Made by a program: the position numbers and the translations under genes
The notes under the pieces: generated by a model
What the model saw: only the letters and a program-made list of their open reading frames with translations
The model's database searches: none
Told to the model about the DNA's origin: nothing
Part shown: positions 42,971-53,047 of the stretch, piece after piece
Layout: each line of letters opens with the position of its first letter
How positions within the stretch are numbered: position 1 is the stretch's first letter
Virus record (IMG/VR): IMGVR_UViG_3300010158_000036
Coordinates: 32,001-96,000 of that record
Origin: a virus
Direction: 5' to 3' (one strand)
DNA: 64,000 nt

Positions 42971-43696
42971 TTAGACATTTGTGTTTGTTTCAATTTCATA
43001 ATGTAAAATATGGTTGCTTAGAATGATATATTCCCCAGATTTATAATCATACTTTTCAATTACTGCTTGAATTGTTTCATTATCAATGGTCAGAATTTTC
43101 ACACGACCGTCAGTATAAGCATCTGGTTCCAAATAGTTATATGTAGCAGCACTAGCATATTCATTAATAGTACTTTGTTTCAAATCTCGTAAAGCATATC
43201 GCAGAGTTTTATCTTCGAGTAATGTTAGAAAATATGGAGCTTTCTCAAGTTGATGTTGTGTTAATCGAAAATTTGGAGGGTCATCATCATTATCATTTCC
43301 AAGGAAAATCCAAGAAGATTCTGAAATCATGAAATCCATCAAACCTTCATCAGTATCGAGTTGAGGATTTTCTTTAATCCAAGTAGAGTAATGTTCTGTT
43401 CCATTATCGACATACCAGAATTGATCTGTTCGAGGTTGTAGAAGCTCAAAGTTATATTTTCTGGAAAGCCGTACCATTCTATCAAATAAAGGATGATTCT
43501 GGTTATTATGAACTAAAGCCCAGAAGTAAGATGCTTTGGTTACAAAATCGTTAAACCTGACAAATTCCCAACCAAAAAACTTTCCCTCAATTTCAAGACC
43601 ATCTACAGAAGATTTTCTTGTATAAGAAGTGTCGATTGCTACGGAATGTGTTGACGAAGAATTTGTTTCCCACACGGATTTTCTAATTGTTTTCAT
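42971..43696 (-). CDS. 'E[ST]NSSST'-motif protein B
   Basis: N-terminus MKTIRKSVWETNSSSTHSVAI; FGWE, K.SY, IFLGNDN. Confidence 0.7.
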   Translation of the reverse strand: MKTIRKSVWETNSSSTHSVAIDTSYTRKSSVDGLEIEGKFFGWEFVRFNDFVTKASYFWALVHNNQNHPLFDRMVRLSRKYNFELLQPRTDQFWYVDNGTEHYSTWIKENPQLDTDEGLMDFMISESSWIFLGNDNDDDPPNFRLTQHQLEKAPYFLTLLEDKTLRYALRDLKQSTINEYASAATYNYLEPDAYTDGRVKILTIDNETIQAVIEKYDYKSGEYIILSNHILHYEIETNTNV

Positions 43697-43891
43697 TGAT
43701 CTTCAACGGGGTTTGCAGTAGCCCAAATAATAAATAAAGCGACAGCTTCAAAAAAGCTATTATTAATAGCCATACTTAATGTCAAATCTCCGAGTAATGA
43801 ACATAAAAAATTTCCGACAGTGAGTCCTATTAATAACGAAATTAAATGATTCAAGGTAATTTGCTTTTTCATAAATAGATTCTATTTTGTT

Positions 43892-44461
43892 TCAGCCATC
43901 TTCACACATATAAAATGTGGAAATCATATTAAAATGCTTTTCAATTTCCACGACTGCTTCTTTCATATGGGCAAAACGATGATTACCACCCGCATATATG
44001 AGTTTCATTTGAGAACTAATCATTGCAAAAATGTAATCACCGGGTAGATTTGCGCCGGGTTTGATACCAGAATTAATCATAGTATCAAGAAGAACATCTT
44101 CGCGCATATCGACTAGATATTTGTCATTGATTAGACATTTCCATGCACGGCCGCCTTGCTTACGAACTTCCAAACCAATAATCCGAACACATTTAATGAA
44201 GTCATTTTTACAATCAATCACTTCTATATTAGCAGGAGTTTCATATTGGCGAGTTTCATAATTATATGTTCTACCTCTGGCCCAATTTGTAGCAACTGCA
44301 TGAGACTTGATATTCATTGCGTCAGTTACAAATACGGATTGACACTTAGTTATAAGATTTTTAGGATCTTCATCATTCTGAATATCATCCCATTTGAATT
44401 TAAATTCAGATTCAGGACGTGCAAAGAGTTTGAGATTTTCTGGAATATGACCGATTTTCAT
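43892..44461 (-). CDS. Hypothetical phage protein
   Basis: 189 aa; GGRAWK...YLVDMRED. Confidence 0.5.
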   Translation of the reverse strand: MKIGHIPENLKLFARPESEFKFKWDDIQNDEDPKNLITKCQSVFVTDAMNIKSHAVATNWARGRTYNYETRQYETPANIEVIDCKNDFIKCVRIIGLEVRKQGGRAWKCLINDKYLVDMREDVLLDTMINSGIKPGANLPGDYIFAMISSQMKLIYAGGNHRFAHMKEAVVEIEKHFNMISTFYMCEDG

Positions 44462-44969
44462 AGATTTTGTAGAATAGTATTAATGGCTAGATCAAGAGGA
44501 GTTGCTGTACGAACAAAAATATTTTCAGTCCAAGAATGAGATGTATGAAAGGTTTCTTGATACATCAAAGCTGGTGCAGGTTTTGCCCTCATATCAATAT
44601 AGTGATCTTCTTCACTCCAACCTCCCATGGAAAGTATGTGTTTGATCGTGATCATTTTGATCTCATAAGATGAGATTTCTACTTCGAGATTTTGAGTTGC
44701 GTTAATTTTCATGGCTAATGACAAAATTTCATTTAGTGTTTGCTACAAGAACGGAAAGTAGATGATCGTAATTTAATGACGTACAATCCTTGATTACTGC
44801 ATCAATTTCTTCTTGAGGAGTCCCTTGTTTTCGAGCTGCATTGATAAATGCTCCCATGAGAAAATACGCATTTCCATTAAGACCGACAAGCTTCAGTTTT
44901 ACCTTTTTAGTTACATGTTGCATTGAATTCATATATACAATCTCTATTTTCTTGTAGTTGCAAAGAAGA

Positions 44970-45443
44970 TTATGCGGCAATTTCTTCCGGAATATCCATA
45001 ATATTGCTAGCCTTAACCGTAAAGCAAGCGAGAGGATTTTCGGGATTAAGAATCTGGGATGCAGCAGATGGCGTCAGATATTCACAGAATTTCGTAATAT
45101 CAACTTCGACGGAATTCACAAAATACTTAATGATCGTCTTGTGGCTTGAAGGATACAGCCGGATGTAAGTTTCAGATTTATGAGTGATCAGATACGGGAA
45201 TTGTTCCCATTGTCCCCATGGGAGTTCTTGAACTTCTCCACGAGTACCGTCTTTAATTCCCTCTTGAACTGAAGCAAGATTTGAATAATCAATTCCTGCA
45301 CGAACTACTCCGATAGAAACTTTTTCAAGGATAGTTCCTTTAAACAGGGCTTTTGGTGTAGGATTAGACTTCCAGGAAGCCTTAACAAATTGACCTTTGG
45401 ACTTTAGGATCTTGCTTAGAATTTCTTGAGCAGTAATTTTCAT
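44970..45443 (-). CDS. Conserved hypothetical early protein
   Basis: RAGIDY.NL..V, LPWG.W..FPY.I.HK..Y.RLY; first ORF after an early cassette. Confidence 0.6.
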   Translation of the reverse strand: MKITAQEILSKILKSKGQFVKASWKSNPTPKALFKGTILEKVSIGVVRAGIDYSNLASVQEGIKDGTRGEVQELPWGQWEQFPYLITHKSETYIRLYPSSHKTIIKYFVNSVEVDITKFCEYLTPSAASQILNPENPLACFTVKASNIMDIPEEIAA

Positions 45444-45452
45444 GGTGTGATT

Positions 45453-45556
45453 GAGGTTTCCTTACAGGCTCAATATACACCAAAATCGGTCCCATGTAAA
45501 CAAAAAAGTGGGTAAAGGCCGAAAATAAGTTGGATTTGTTGCAAATCAATGGGTTA
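45453..45556 (-). promoter_or_regulatory. Early promoter cassette
   Basis: TTTTTTGTTTACATG...GTGTATATTGAGCCTGTAAGGAAACC; palindrome 45532-45556. Confidence 0.8.
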
Positions 45557-45559
45557 TAA

Positions 45560-45597
45560 AAAATGGACTAAACCCTTTCAGATTTAACCCATTTTTT
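45560..45597 (-). terminator. Probable terminator after the late 45.6-47.9 kb genes
   Basis: Imperfect inverted repeat aaaatggactaaa/tttaacccatttt with T-run. Confidence 0.5.
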
Positions 45598-45629
45598 CAG
45601 TGCTCTTGCTTTTTAGCCTGTATATTATG

Positions 45630-46589
45630 TTATGCTATTTGTTTCTTAATTTTGCCTAGTGTATCAATAACATCATCGAGTTTATCATAAACACGTTCAA
45701 AGATTTTCTTATCTTCTAGTGTTCCTCCCATTTCATCAATGATTCTCTTTACAAAAATTGTTCTTGTAGAAAGAAGTTTTTGTGTAGCATTGAGATCCTT
45801 AATTATAGAATCTAAAGTAGTCTTCTCTGTCGTAGAGACTAATGATTCCTCGTTTAGGAATTGACGAAATATTCCTTTGATCTCTTTAATAACCTCGGAT
45901 TTCTTAGGGGATGTAGGCTCCCCTTCAATATAATCCATGAAGTCTCCTTCATACCAATCAGCAAATGTTTGGGACATAAGACCTCGTAGAATAGTTTCAG
46001 CAACCTCATCGGAAACCGATTCTGTAAGAGCTGTATCTTCCTTAAGCTTCATTAGTTTAGATAAAACAAGCTCGCTAGAACCTACTTTATATTGACCAAA
46101 TTTTATCTTAGTTAAAGGAGTATCTTTGCTTTTAAAAGTGACGGAATCTGTTCCAATCTCTTTTACAACACCGAAATTGGTTTTATCACCAACCTTTAAT
46201 GTATTAACTTGAGCAGCAATAGTTTTTGCATCAACCGCTTCTCCCATTTCTTCTTCAGTATCATCTTCTTCTTTGAGTTCACCCAAAGCCAAATCAGCTA
46301 AATCCTTGATGGTTCTCTTGCCATTAATAGCATTACCTTTAACTTTAAGATTTGTTTCACTTGAGTACATATCATTACCATCGAAATATACTGGATTAGA
46401 TTTAACTTTCTTACCAAGAAGAAATTCAACTTCTTTTCTAATTAAAGCATTGATTGCAGGTAGTTTATTATATGGAGTAACATCGCCAAGGGATAATCCT
46501 TCATTGATTGTTACTTGTTTACCTTGTAGAATTGCCGCAGCGGCTTCATACATATAGTCCTTGTTGGTGAAATTAATTGGATCGTGCAT
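45630..46589 (-). CDS. Acidic late protein, putative internal head protein
   Basis: Late promoter 46595-46602; MYEAAAAILQG; many (I/L)xE sites. Confidence 0.55.
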   Translation of the reverse strand: MHDPINFTNKDYMYEAAAAILQGKQVTINEGLSLGDVTPYNKLPAINALIRKEVEFLLGKKVKSNPVYFDGNDMYSSETNLKVKGNAINGKRTIKDLADLALGELKEEDDTEEEMGEAVDAKTIAAQVNTLKVGDKTNFGVVKEIGTDSVTFKSKDTPLTKIKFGQYKVGSSELVLSKLMKLKEDTALTESVSDEVAETILRGLMSQTFADWYEGDFMDYIEGEPTSPKKSEVIKEIKGIFRQFLNEESLVSTTEKTTLDSIIKDLNATQKLLSTRTIFVKRIIDEMGGTLEDKKIFERVYDKLDDVIDTLGKIKKQIA

Positions 46590-46602
46590 ATTATTATTTA
46601 TA

Positions 46603-46860
46603 TTATTGGTTGTTTTTTAGATTTTTCTCAAAGAGATTTGCGATTTTACAAATAGACTTTTTGACAATTGCCCAATCTTCATCTTCCTTATCAGTTTCAT
46701 CGACATATTGTTCTAGAGATTTCCAGAAGTCTAATAGTTGTTCACTATCAAGAGAATCAATTGTTTTGATCAATTTCTTTACTGTATTGTTTTCAGTTTC
46801 ATAAGCTTCCTTTGCGGCTTCACTTAGAAAATGTCGCGTGATATTAATAGTGTCTTTCAT
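46603..46860 (-). CDS. Small acidic protein, putative internal head protein
   Basis: N-terminal ITRHFLSEAA; between two similar genes. Confidence 0.45.
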   Translation of the reverse strand: MKDTINITRHFLSEAAKEAYETENNTVKKLIKTIDSLDSEQLLDFWKSLEQYVDETDKEDEDWAIVKKSICKIANLFEKNLKNNQ

Positions 46861-46867
46861 ATTATTT

Positions 46868-47851
46868 TTAGTCTTTGTCCATAATTTCAGATTTTACATT
46901 ATCCCAAATATCTAATGCTTTGTCTATATGATCATGTATTTCAGCAAAATCATCTGTATACCCTTTACCAAACTCCTTTATAATACTCTTTGCCAGATTA
47001 CTGGTAGGAGCAAAAGTATTATATGCATTATTAATAGCTTCATCTGCATTTTTGAATCCTAAAGATGGAATATACTTTTCTGCAATGGCTAGATTAATAC
47101 TCCTCTTGATATTTTTATCAAGTTCTTCTCTAATATTAATAGATTCTCCCAAAATCATTTCAATAGCCTTAATTTTCTTAGAAGCCCCGACTCCTATTGG
47201 TTTTATAATAACAATATCACATCCTTTTTCTCCTGGGAGATAATCTTGAACTTCAGGAGTAATTTCAATATCTTTAAGTTTCTTTATGATAGATTGAACT
47301 TCTTTATCTGATTGATTTACAGAATAACTCTTAGTGATTACAGTTTCTTCAAGAGATTCGTTCTTCTTTCTGAGTTTAGCTAAAACTGCTCCAGCAACTC
47401 GTTCTCCAGCTTCTTTTGAACCATATTCTTTAGCAGCTTTATCAGCAATTTTTTTAAATGTTTTACCGGGCTTTCCAATATCTTTACCAGCGTGAGCTTT
47501 CTTAGCACTATAATCTAGTTTTTCATCAATACCTTCACATGCATCCCACAAAGCTTCCTTTGCTTTCTCTTCTTGTTTATCACTCAATTCTACTTCGTCT
47601 CCATTCTCATCTTTTGCTGATAGGATTTCAATCTCCGCTTCATCATCTGGCTCCATTTGTTGACCATGTGCATCTTTACTACCTTTTATGGATGGGGTAT
47701 ATTCGCCAATCACAGAGATTTCTTTATCACCTTCATCATAGATTGTAGCTTTGATTGTTTTCTTAGTAGCTTCAGTAACCGCACCTTTCAGAATTGCTTC
47801 TGCGGCTTCATACATTTCATCTTTATAGGAATGGTAAAAATTGTTTTTCAT
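46868..47851 (-). CDS. Acidic late protein, putative internal head protein
   Basis: Late promoter 47857-47864 gives start 47851; MYEAAEAILKG; AGKDIGKPGK.F..IA.KAAKEYGSKEAG.RVAGA module. Confidence 0.55.
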   Translation of the reverse strand: MKNNFYHSYKDEMYEAAEAILKGAVTEATKKTIKATIYDEGDKEISVIGEYTPSIKGSKDAHGQQMEPDDEAEIEILSAKDENGDEVELSDKQEEKAKEALWDACEGIDEKLDYSAKKAHAGKDIGKPGKTFKKIADKAAKEYGSKEAGERVAGAVLAKLRKKNESLEETVITKSYSVNQSDKEVQSIIKKLKDIEITPEVQDYLPGEKGCDIVIIKPIGVGASKKIKAIEMILGESINIREELDKNIKRSINLAIAEKYIPSLGFKNADEAINNAYNTFAPTSNLAKSIIKEFGKGYTDDFAEIHDHIDKALDIWDNVKSEIMDKD

Positions 47852-47908
47852 ATATGTATTTATATTTATATGCAAAAAATCATCACATTTTGTTCTCATA
47901 ATATTTGT

Positions 47909-49126
47909 TTAATCACGAAACGGATCTTCAATATCATCTCCCGCCATAGCAACGCCAATCGGAGTTAAGGTATGAAGAATCTTAATAGTTTCTCCTTGAG
48001 CAGACAACACTTCATTCAATCGCTTATAGCAATGCGGAGATTCATCAGTACCAGCACCACGAAGACAAACTCCTGCATTTTTAACCCAATCAGTCATCAT
48101 AGTCTGAGATACAACTCCTTCAGACACCCGAGTCTTCTTACCCTTGATCCATTTGGAGCGACCCGCAGCCTGCGACCTAGAGAGTACGCGACCAGCTCCG
48201 TGAACTGTTGAGTACATTGCAATTTTTGATAGATCAGAATCAACACCTTCAAGAATAACAGAATCTTCTCCCATGGTACCACCAACAAATCCTTTTTGAC
48301 CAGGAAATGCGGGAGTTGCTCCTTTACGATGAACCCATAAATCTTCCCCATCATGATTTTCTAACCATGCAAAGTTATGATGATTATGAACTTCTTCAAA
48401 AATTTCAACACCAAGGATTCGAGCAACTTCAGCACACACCCAGTCTCGTCCAGTGTAGGCATATTCTCCAGCTAATTTCAAGGCTGCAATATATTCACGC
48501 CCTAGATCAGAATTAACATCAAGCAAAGCAGGAGCTACATTGATGCCATCAGTGCCGCCACCAGCTTTGATATAATGAGATGCAATCTTATGTCCAAGTC
48601 CTCGTGAACCAAAGTGAACACCTACCCAGATACGGAGAAATTCATCATGAAAAATATCAACGTAGTGATTCCCCGACCCAACAGTACCTAACTGATTACG
48701 AGCCATATCTTTGAGATCATTGAGTAAAGGAATATCATTCCATACAGGAGAATCAAATATAGCATGTTCATCGGGTTTCTTTTGTCTGACAATATGTTTA
48801 GAATTTGAAACACGTCCAATACCAAATGAGATATTACGAACAATTGTATCCATGATTTTTTCAATATCCTTATGAACATCAAGGAGAGTTGCATTAGTCA
48901 GAACAGCTAAGTTTCCGCATGCACAATCAAATCCGACTGCTGATGGAGAAATCTTATCTTTGTAAGCAATAATTCCGCCAATTGGGATGGAATAACCTAA
49001 GTGGTGATCTCCTGCCAATACAGCTTTATATCCGCCGAAATCCATTGCAAAATCCATCTGGTCAATTGCATTTTGTAATGGTTCCCCAAAGACGGGAATA
49101 TTTTTATTTTTACCTAGGAGTTGCAT
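47909..49126 (-). CDS. rtcB: RtcB RNA ligase
   Basis: DHHLGYS.PIGG, VGFDCACG, GTVGSGNHY, H.GSRGLG, HNHHN, HRKGATPA, HGAGR, DESP..YK. Confidence 0.95.
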   Translation of the reverse strand: MQLLGKNKNIPVFGEPLQNAIDQMDFAMDFGGYKAVLAGDHHLGYSIPIGGIIAYKDKISPSAVGFDCACGNLAVLTNATLLDVHKDIEKIMDTIVRNISFGIGRVSNSKHIVRQKKPDEHAIFDSPVWNDIPLLNDLKDMARNQLGTVGSGNHYVDIFHDEFLRIWVGVHFGSRGLGHKIASHYIKAGGGTDGINVAPALLDVNSDLGREYIAALKLAGEYAYTGRDWVCAEVARILGVEIFEEVHNHHNFAWLENHDGEDLWVHRKGATPAFPGQKGFVGGTMGEDSVILEGVDSDLSKIAMYSTVHGAGRVLSRSQAAGRSKWIKGKKTRVSEGVVSQTMMTDWVKNAGVCLRGAGTDESPHCYKRLNEVLSAQGETIKILHTLTPIGVAMAGDDIEDPFRD

Positions 49127-49132
49127 ATGAGA

Positions 49133-49509
49133 TTATAGATGTTCTCCAAATAGTTTAGTTTCTCCGTCACACATCTCAAATCCGTGTGCATAATAGCCAT
49201 TATGACAATTCCACAATGTTAGAAATAATTCTTCATTATTTACATCAATAAGGCGGAACACAGCAGATCCACCACACTCGTAAATATGATGATTATCAAG
49301 AGTATTATAAAATGTAGTGTCAAATTTATATAGACTAAAATCCAAATGTGGATCAGTTATTAGTTCTTTTACATCAATATCATCCGTAGGACAGTCCTTA
49401 GTTATAACCCAACCATAACATTCACAACAGCAGGGCTATAATCAAATCCTACAAAGACATTATAATCATCCACAAAGTTTACTTTACCGTTTCTTTCAAA
49501 TGTTTTCAT
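49133..49509 (-). pseudogene. Frameshifted hypothetical gene
   Basis: MKTFERNGKVNFVDD...FDYS continues in another frame as CCCECYGW...LWNCHNGYYAH. Confidence 0.55.
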
Positions 49510-51498
49510 ATTATTAGTTATCAGAAATGTTACAATATTCTTGACCATTATCAGAAGGTGGCAATTCCATCCACAGATCAAGAACCCAAATTTTATTATC
49601 ATTAGGAGGAATCTCTGCCTCTTGCCATGAGCCATCTTTAAATGCAACTACAGCAGGTATAAAAGTTTTTCCTGATAATGCCAAAGAACCCTTACATTTT
49701 GCAAGAATATATGTACCATCTTTTGGTGCAGTCTCAATCGGTTTCCAATTTGTGTTCATATCGTTATTTCGTTTGTTGTGATTATTGCGAAACCATGCAG
49801 GGCTTGGATATCGTGGAAAGTCTTTTGCAGGTTGAGATTGTCGAATGATAGTCATGCATTTATCAAGGACTGTTTGTTGGAAACTTCTTTCCGGAAATCC
49901 AAACCATTTATCTCTGGCTGGATCAAGATCATATATAAATTCCATCAGAGTTCCTCCTCTGAGTTCAAAATATTCAATGATCTCAATGAGGCCATGAATT
50001 ACATACTGAATCGGAACATGTTCAACTCGAAGGGCTTTACCATATCCATAAATTCGTTGCATGATTCTGATATTCGGCTTGTTTCGCTTACATTGCCGAA
50101 TCAACATTAGTTGCCGATCTTCAATTTCTGTTTTCATATTAGTCTCCAATTGTGTTAAGAGCATTTTCCGCAGTATCAAACTGACCATAGCAATTTTTAC
50201 AGTCTTGAAACAGTGCCAATGCACTATGAAGAATTTCTCGGTCTTTCCTCAATTCTTCAATCGCAGCATGAAAAGCATAAAATCCTTGAACTAACAATTC
50301 AACGCGTTCTGGAAGTGTGTCTTTGGCAATCAAATATCCTTCAGGAATAAATGCAGTAGCTCGATCAATCTGGTCTTGTAAAAATTTAATTTTTGTTTTC
50401 ATAATTTAGTAATGATTTTTAAGTAGGATCAACAAACGTAATCATACCAGTAGGGCAAAGCATCTCCTCTTCGGTTACATAATAAATGCAACCATAATCA
50501 TGCATAAGATAGATTCTCTTCTTTAAAGAATTTGCTTTAAAGATTGCTGATTCAAGACATTCTATTGCAAACGTTTCATCGAATTCCCAATCATATGATG
50601 TAATTTTTTCAATTTGTACTTTCATGTTAATGCGGGCCTTAATATCTTCTAAACTCTTACTATGTTTATCATATAATTTCTGGAATGTCGAAAGATCCCC
50701 TTACTCATTTCTTTCAATAATTTACGAATGTCTTTGTCTTTTAAAGATTTGATGTCTTCTTTCATAAAGTTATCCTGGTTGAGAACCAATAGCAATAATC
50801 ATCTTGTAAACTTTATCAGAACCTTTTCATTCAAATATGATCCGGAACTAGAAAAAATGCATACTTAGAAACAAGATTACTTTCGTAAATTTTCCGTTTT
50901 AGAAGAAATTCTTCTCCAGAAGGTATATTATCACAAGCAAATTTAAAAATTGCATTTGCTGGAACATCCTTACATTTGAATGGAATTAGTAGAATCCCAT
51001 CACGAACAATATTACCCGGCATTACTACAACAGGTGGGCTGAAATTATAAACACGAACTCCAGTGTTGAAATAAAAAGTTTTCATATATTTTAGTAGTTC
51101 TTGAGATGAATAAACTTTTATTTGTTTTCTTCCATGATTTCAATTAAAGTCTTGGCACAATATTCATACCATTCTTTTTCAGAAATAAACTTCTTTCTAA
51201 ATCTTTTCAGCATCAAATAATATTCTTCTTGGCGGAGAGTTTCGGGGGAATCATTAATAATATTAGCGATTAACGATTGTTGCAAACTTGCGGGTATCGA
51301 CTTTGAAAAATGATACATTACGGTCAGAATTCCAGCCAGACCAGACGAACAGTTTGCCGTCATATCGAAGAACTTTATTGGTCAACTTTTTCACATCATC
51401 CAATCCATTGGGACAATCAACATGAAGAGCAATTCCGTCGTAGAATAGGATCGCAATTTGATCCGTGGCGATTTTGGCAGTCATGGTGTGTTGTGGTT

Positions 51499-51601
51499 GG
51501 TGTTCCTTACGGGATCAATATACCACAAAAACCGGGATCTGTAAACAAAAAAGTGCATAAAAATGTGAAAATAAATTAAGTCATTGATTTGCAACAAGTT
51601 A
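51499..51601 (-). promoter_or_regulatory. Early promoter cassette
   Basis: TTTTTTGTTTACAG...GTGGTATATTGATCCCGTAAGGAACACC; palindrome 51577-51601 with inverted core. Confidence 0.8.
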
Positions 51602-51668
51602 CGGTTTCAATTTTAAACACAAAAAAGCGGAAATCCGTGAAGAAATCCGCTAATTTAAGTAAATTAAC

Positions 51669-52121
51669 CTAAAGTTTTTTCTTTGTCTTTATTGGTTTCA
51701 TCACACAGCGATGAATCTCTTGAGTCAAGTCAGTATTCATTTTAAGCTGTTCACGTAATTCACCCTGTTGTTTCAGAATATTCTCGGCATCCTTAAATGT
51801 TTGCAATGCTCTTCTATCAGAAGCTTTAGCCGAAACTTTTTGCCCAACCATAATTACTGATAGAAGTACCAGTTGTAAAAAAGTTTGTGCTATCCATGAG
51901 ATTATTGTTGATATCCCACCTTCTAATGCTGTAGGAAAACTTATTAAAGCAAGTCCTGCAAATAGATAAGCACACCACATAGTAGATACAGCATTAGTAA
52001 TAGTAACTGCTAGTTTGCCATTAAAGCCGTAAAGATCAGACCAAGTTAAAGGGATTATTGCTTTTGGAATCTTTGGTTTTTTCGCCTTAGCTTTAGAAGG
52101 ATGAAAGAATGGTGTTGCCAT
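51669..52121 (-). CDS. Membrane protein (DUF1003-like)
   Basis: TMWCAYLF..LAL..., WIAQTFLQLVLLSVIMVGQ. Confidence 0.6.
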   Translation of the reverse strand: MATPFFHPSKAKAKKPKIPKAIIPLTWSDLYGFNGKLAVTITNAVSTMWCAYLFAGLALISFPTALEGGISTIISWIAQTFLQLVLLSVIMVGQKVSAKASDRRALQTFKDAENILKQQGELREQLKMNTDLTQEIHRCVMKPIKTKKKL

Positions 52122-52132
52122 AGTTATATTTA

Positions 52133-52206
52133 TCTTTTGCGGTCAGATTTACTGACATCTATGGTTTACTACTCCCGTTGCTCTACACTTTGAGCTACTC
52201 AAAAGA
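52133..52206 (-). ncRNA. Degenerate tRNA-like RNA
   Basis: D-arm gctc-aaagtgta-gagc, T-like arm gtcag-taaat-ctgac, paired ends, no clean anticodon arm. Confidence 0.5.
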
Positions 52207-52210
52207 AAAA

Positions 52211-52311
52211 TGGCGCACGATCTGGTGTTTAAACCTCTCCTTATTTCGGTCCATCACTAAGCTTTTGTGAATCTTCGCCGAATAGGAAGCAATCTTGAGA
52301 TTGCGTCGTGC
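52211..52311 (-). ncRNA. CCA-ended tRNA mimic with extended central arm
   Basis: gcacga/tcgtgc-G-CCA closing stem, hairpin gcaatc-tcaa-gattgc, long interrupted arm. Confidence 0.6.
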
Positions 52312-52325
52312 ATATAAAAAAAGAA

Positions 52326-52487
52326 TTGTTACCCACTACCAGGAAAACCGGAGGAACGATATATGTTGTAATCACTTCAACTTTACGTTCGCGGGCTGGA
52401 TTTTTCTATGGTGCATCAACAATTGATTAGATTATTCTTCTCCATAGAATACTCTATACATATGTAGCGTATAGAGGCAGGCAACAA
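52326..52487 (-). ncRNA. Multi-stem structured RNA candidate
   Basis: Closing stem ttgttgcc/gggtaacaa; stems ctctatac/gtatagag and ttctatgg/ccatagaa. Confidence 0.45.
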
Positions 52488-52489
52488 AA

Positions 52490-53038
52490 TTAAGAGATTA
52501 TTTCTAAGTCTTGATTATTAAACACAACTACTGTATTATAACCACTTTCATTTATCATAATAGCAGAAACAGGAAGATGTTTTTTTATAATAATGTTGGA
52601 TATTATCCAGTTTATTATTTCGCTGGTGGTAAAATAACCATCATCATAATCATTATTATCATATCTAGGTTCAATATGACTATCAATATTTAAATATACT
52701 TCATCTATATAACGATCACCCCCCTTAATATCGGAAAGCACGTCTATAATAAAATCTTTTACTTCATTATAGTCAATATTATCATTTACATCAAAATCCG
52801 TTAAATCTAATACAGGTTGTGATGGAGTGAATAATACTTTTACAAGAGCTCCACCTCGACTGGAATAATAATCAATTATTCCGTTCTTAGGTTCTGTAGC
52901 AAACCACAGTCCATGTTTTATCGGATCTATCTTAGATAATTTACTTAAACTTCCATGATATAATATCATTTCTTTAGTAGATTCCTGTAACACTGTTTCA
53001 TTTAAGATATGACGAGCTACTTCAATTAATGTTTTCAT
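52490..53038 (-). CDS. Late protein with ART-like motifs, putative internal head protein
   Basis: Late promoter 53045-53052; MKTLIEVARHILNE; LYHGS and GLWFAT. Confidence 0.5.
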   Translation of the reverse strand: MKTLIEVARHILNETVLQESTKEMILYHGSLSKLSKIDPIKHGLWFATEPKNGIIDYYSSRGGALVKVLFTPSQPVLDLTDFDVNDNIDYNEVKDFIIDVLSDIKGGDRYIDEVYLNIDSHIEPRYDNNDYDDGYFTTSEIINWIISNIIIKKHLPVSAIMINESGYNTVVVFNNQDLEIIS

Positions 53039-53047
53039 ATATTCTAT

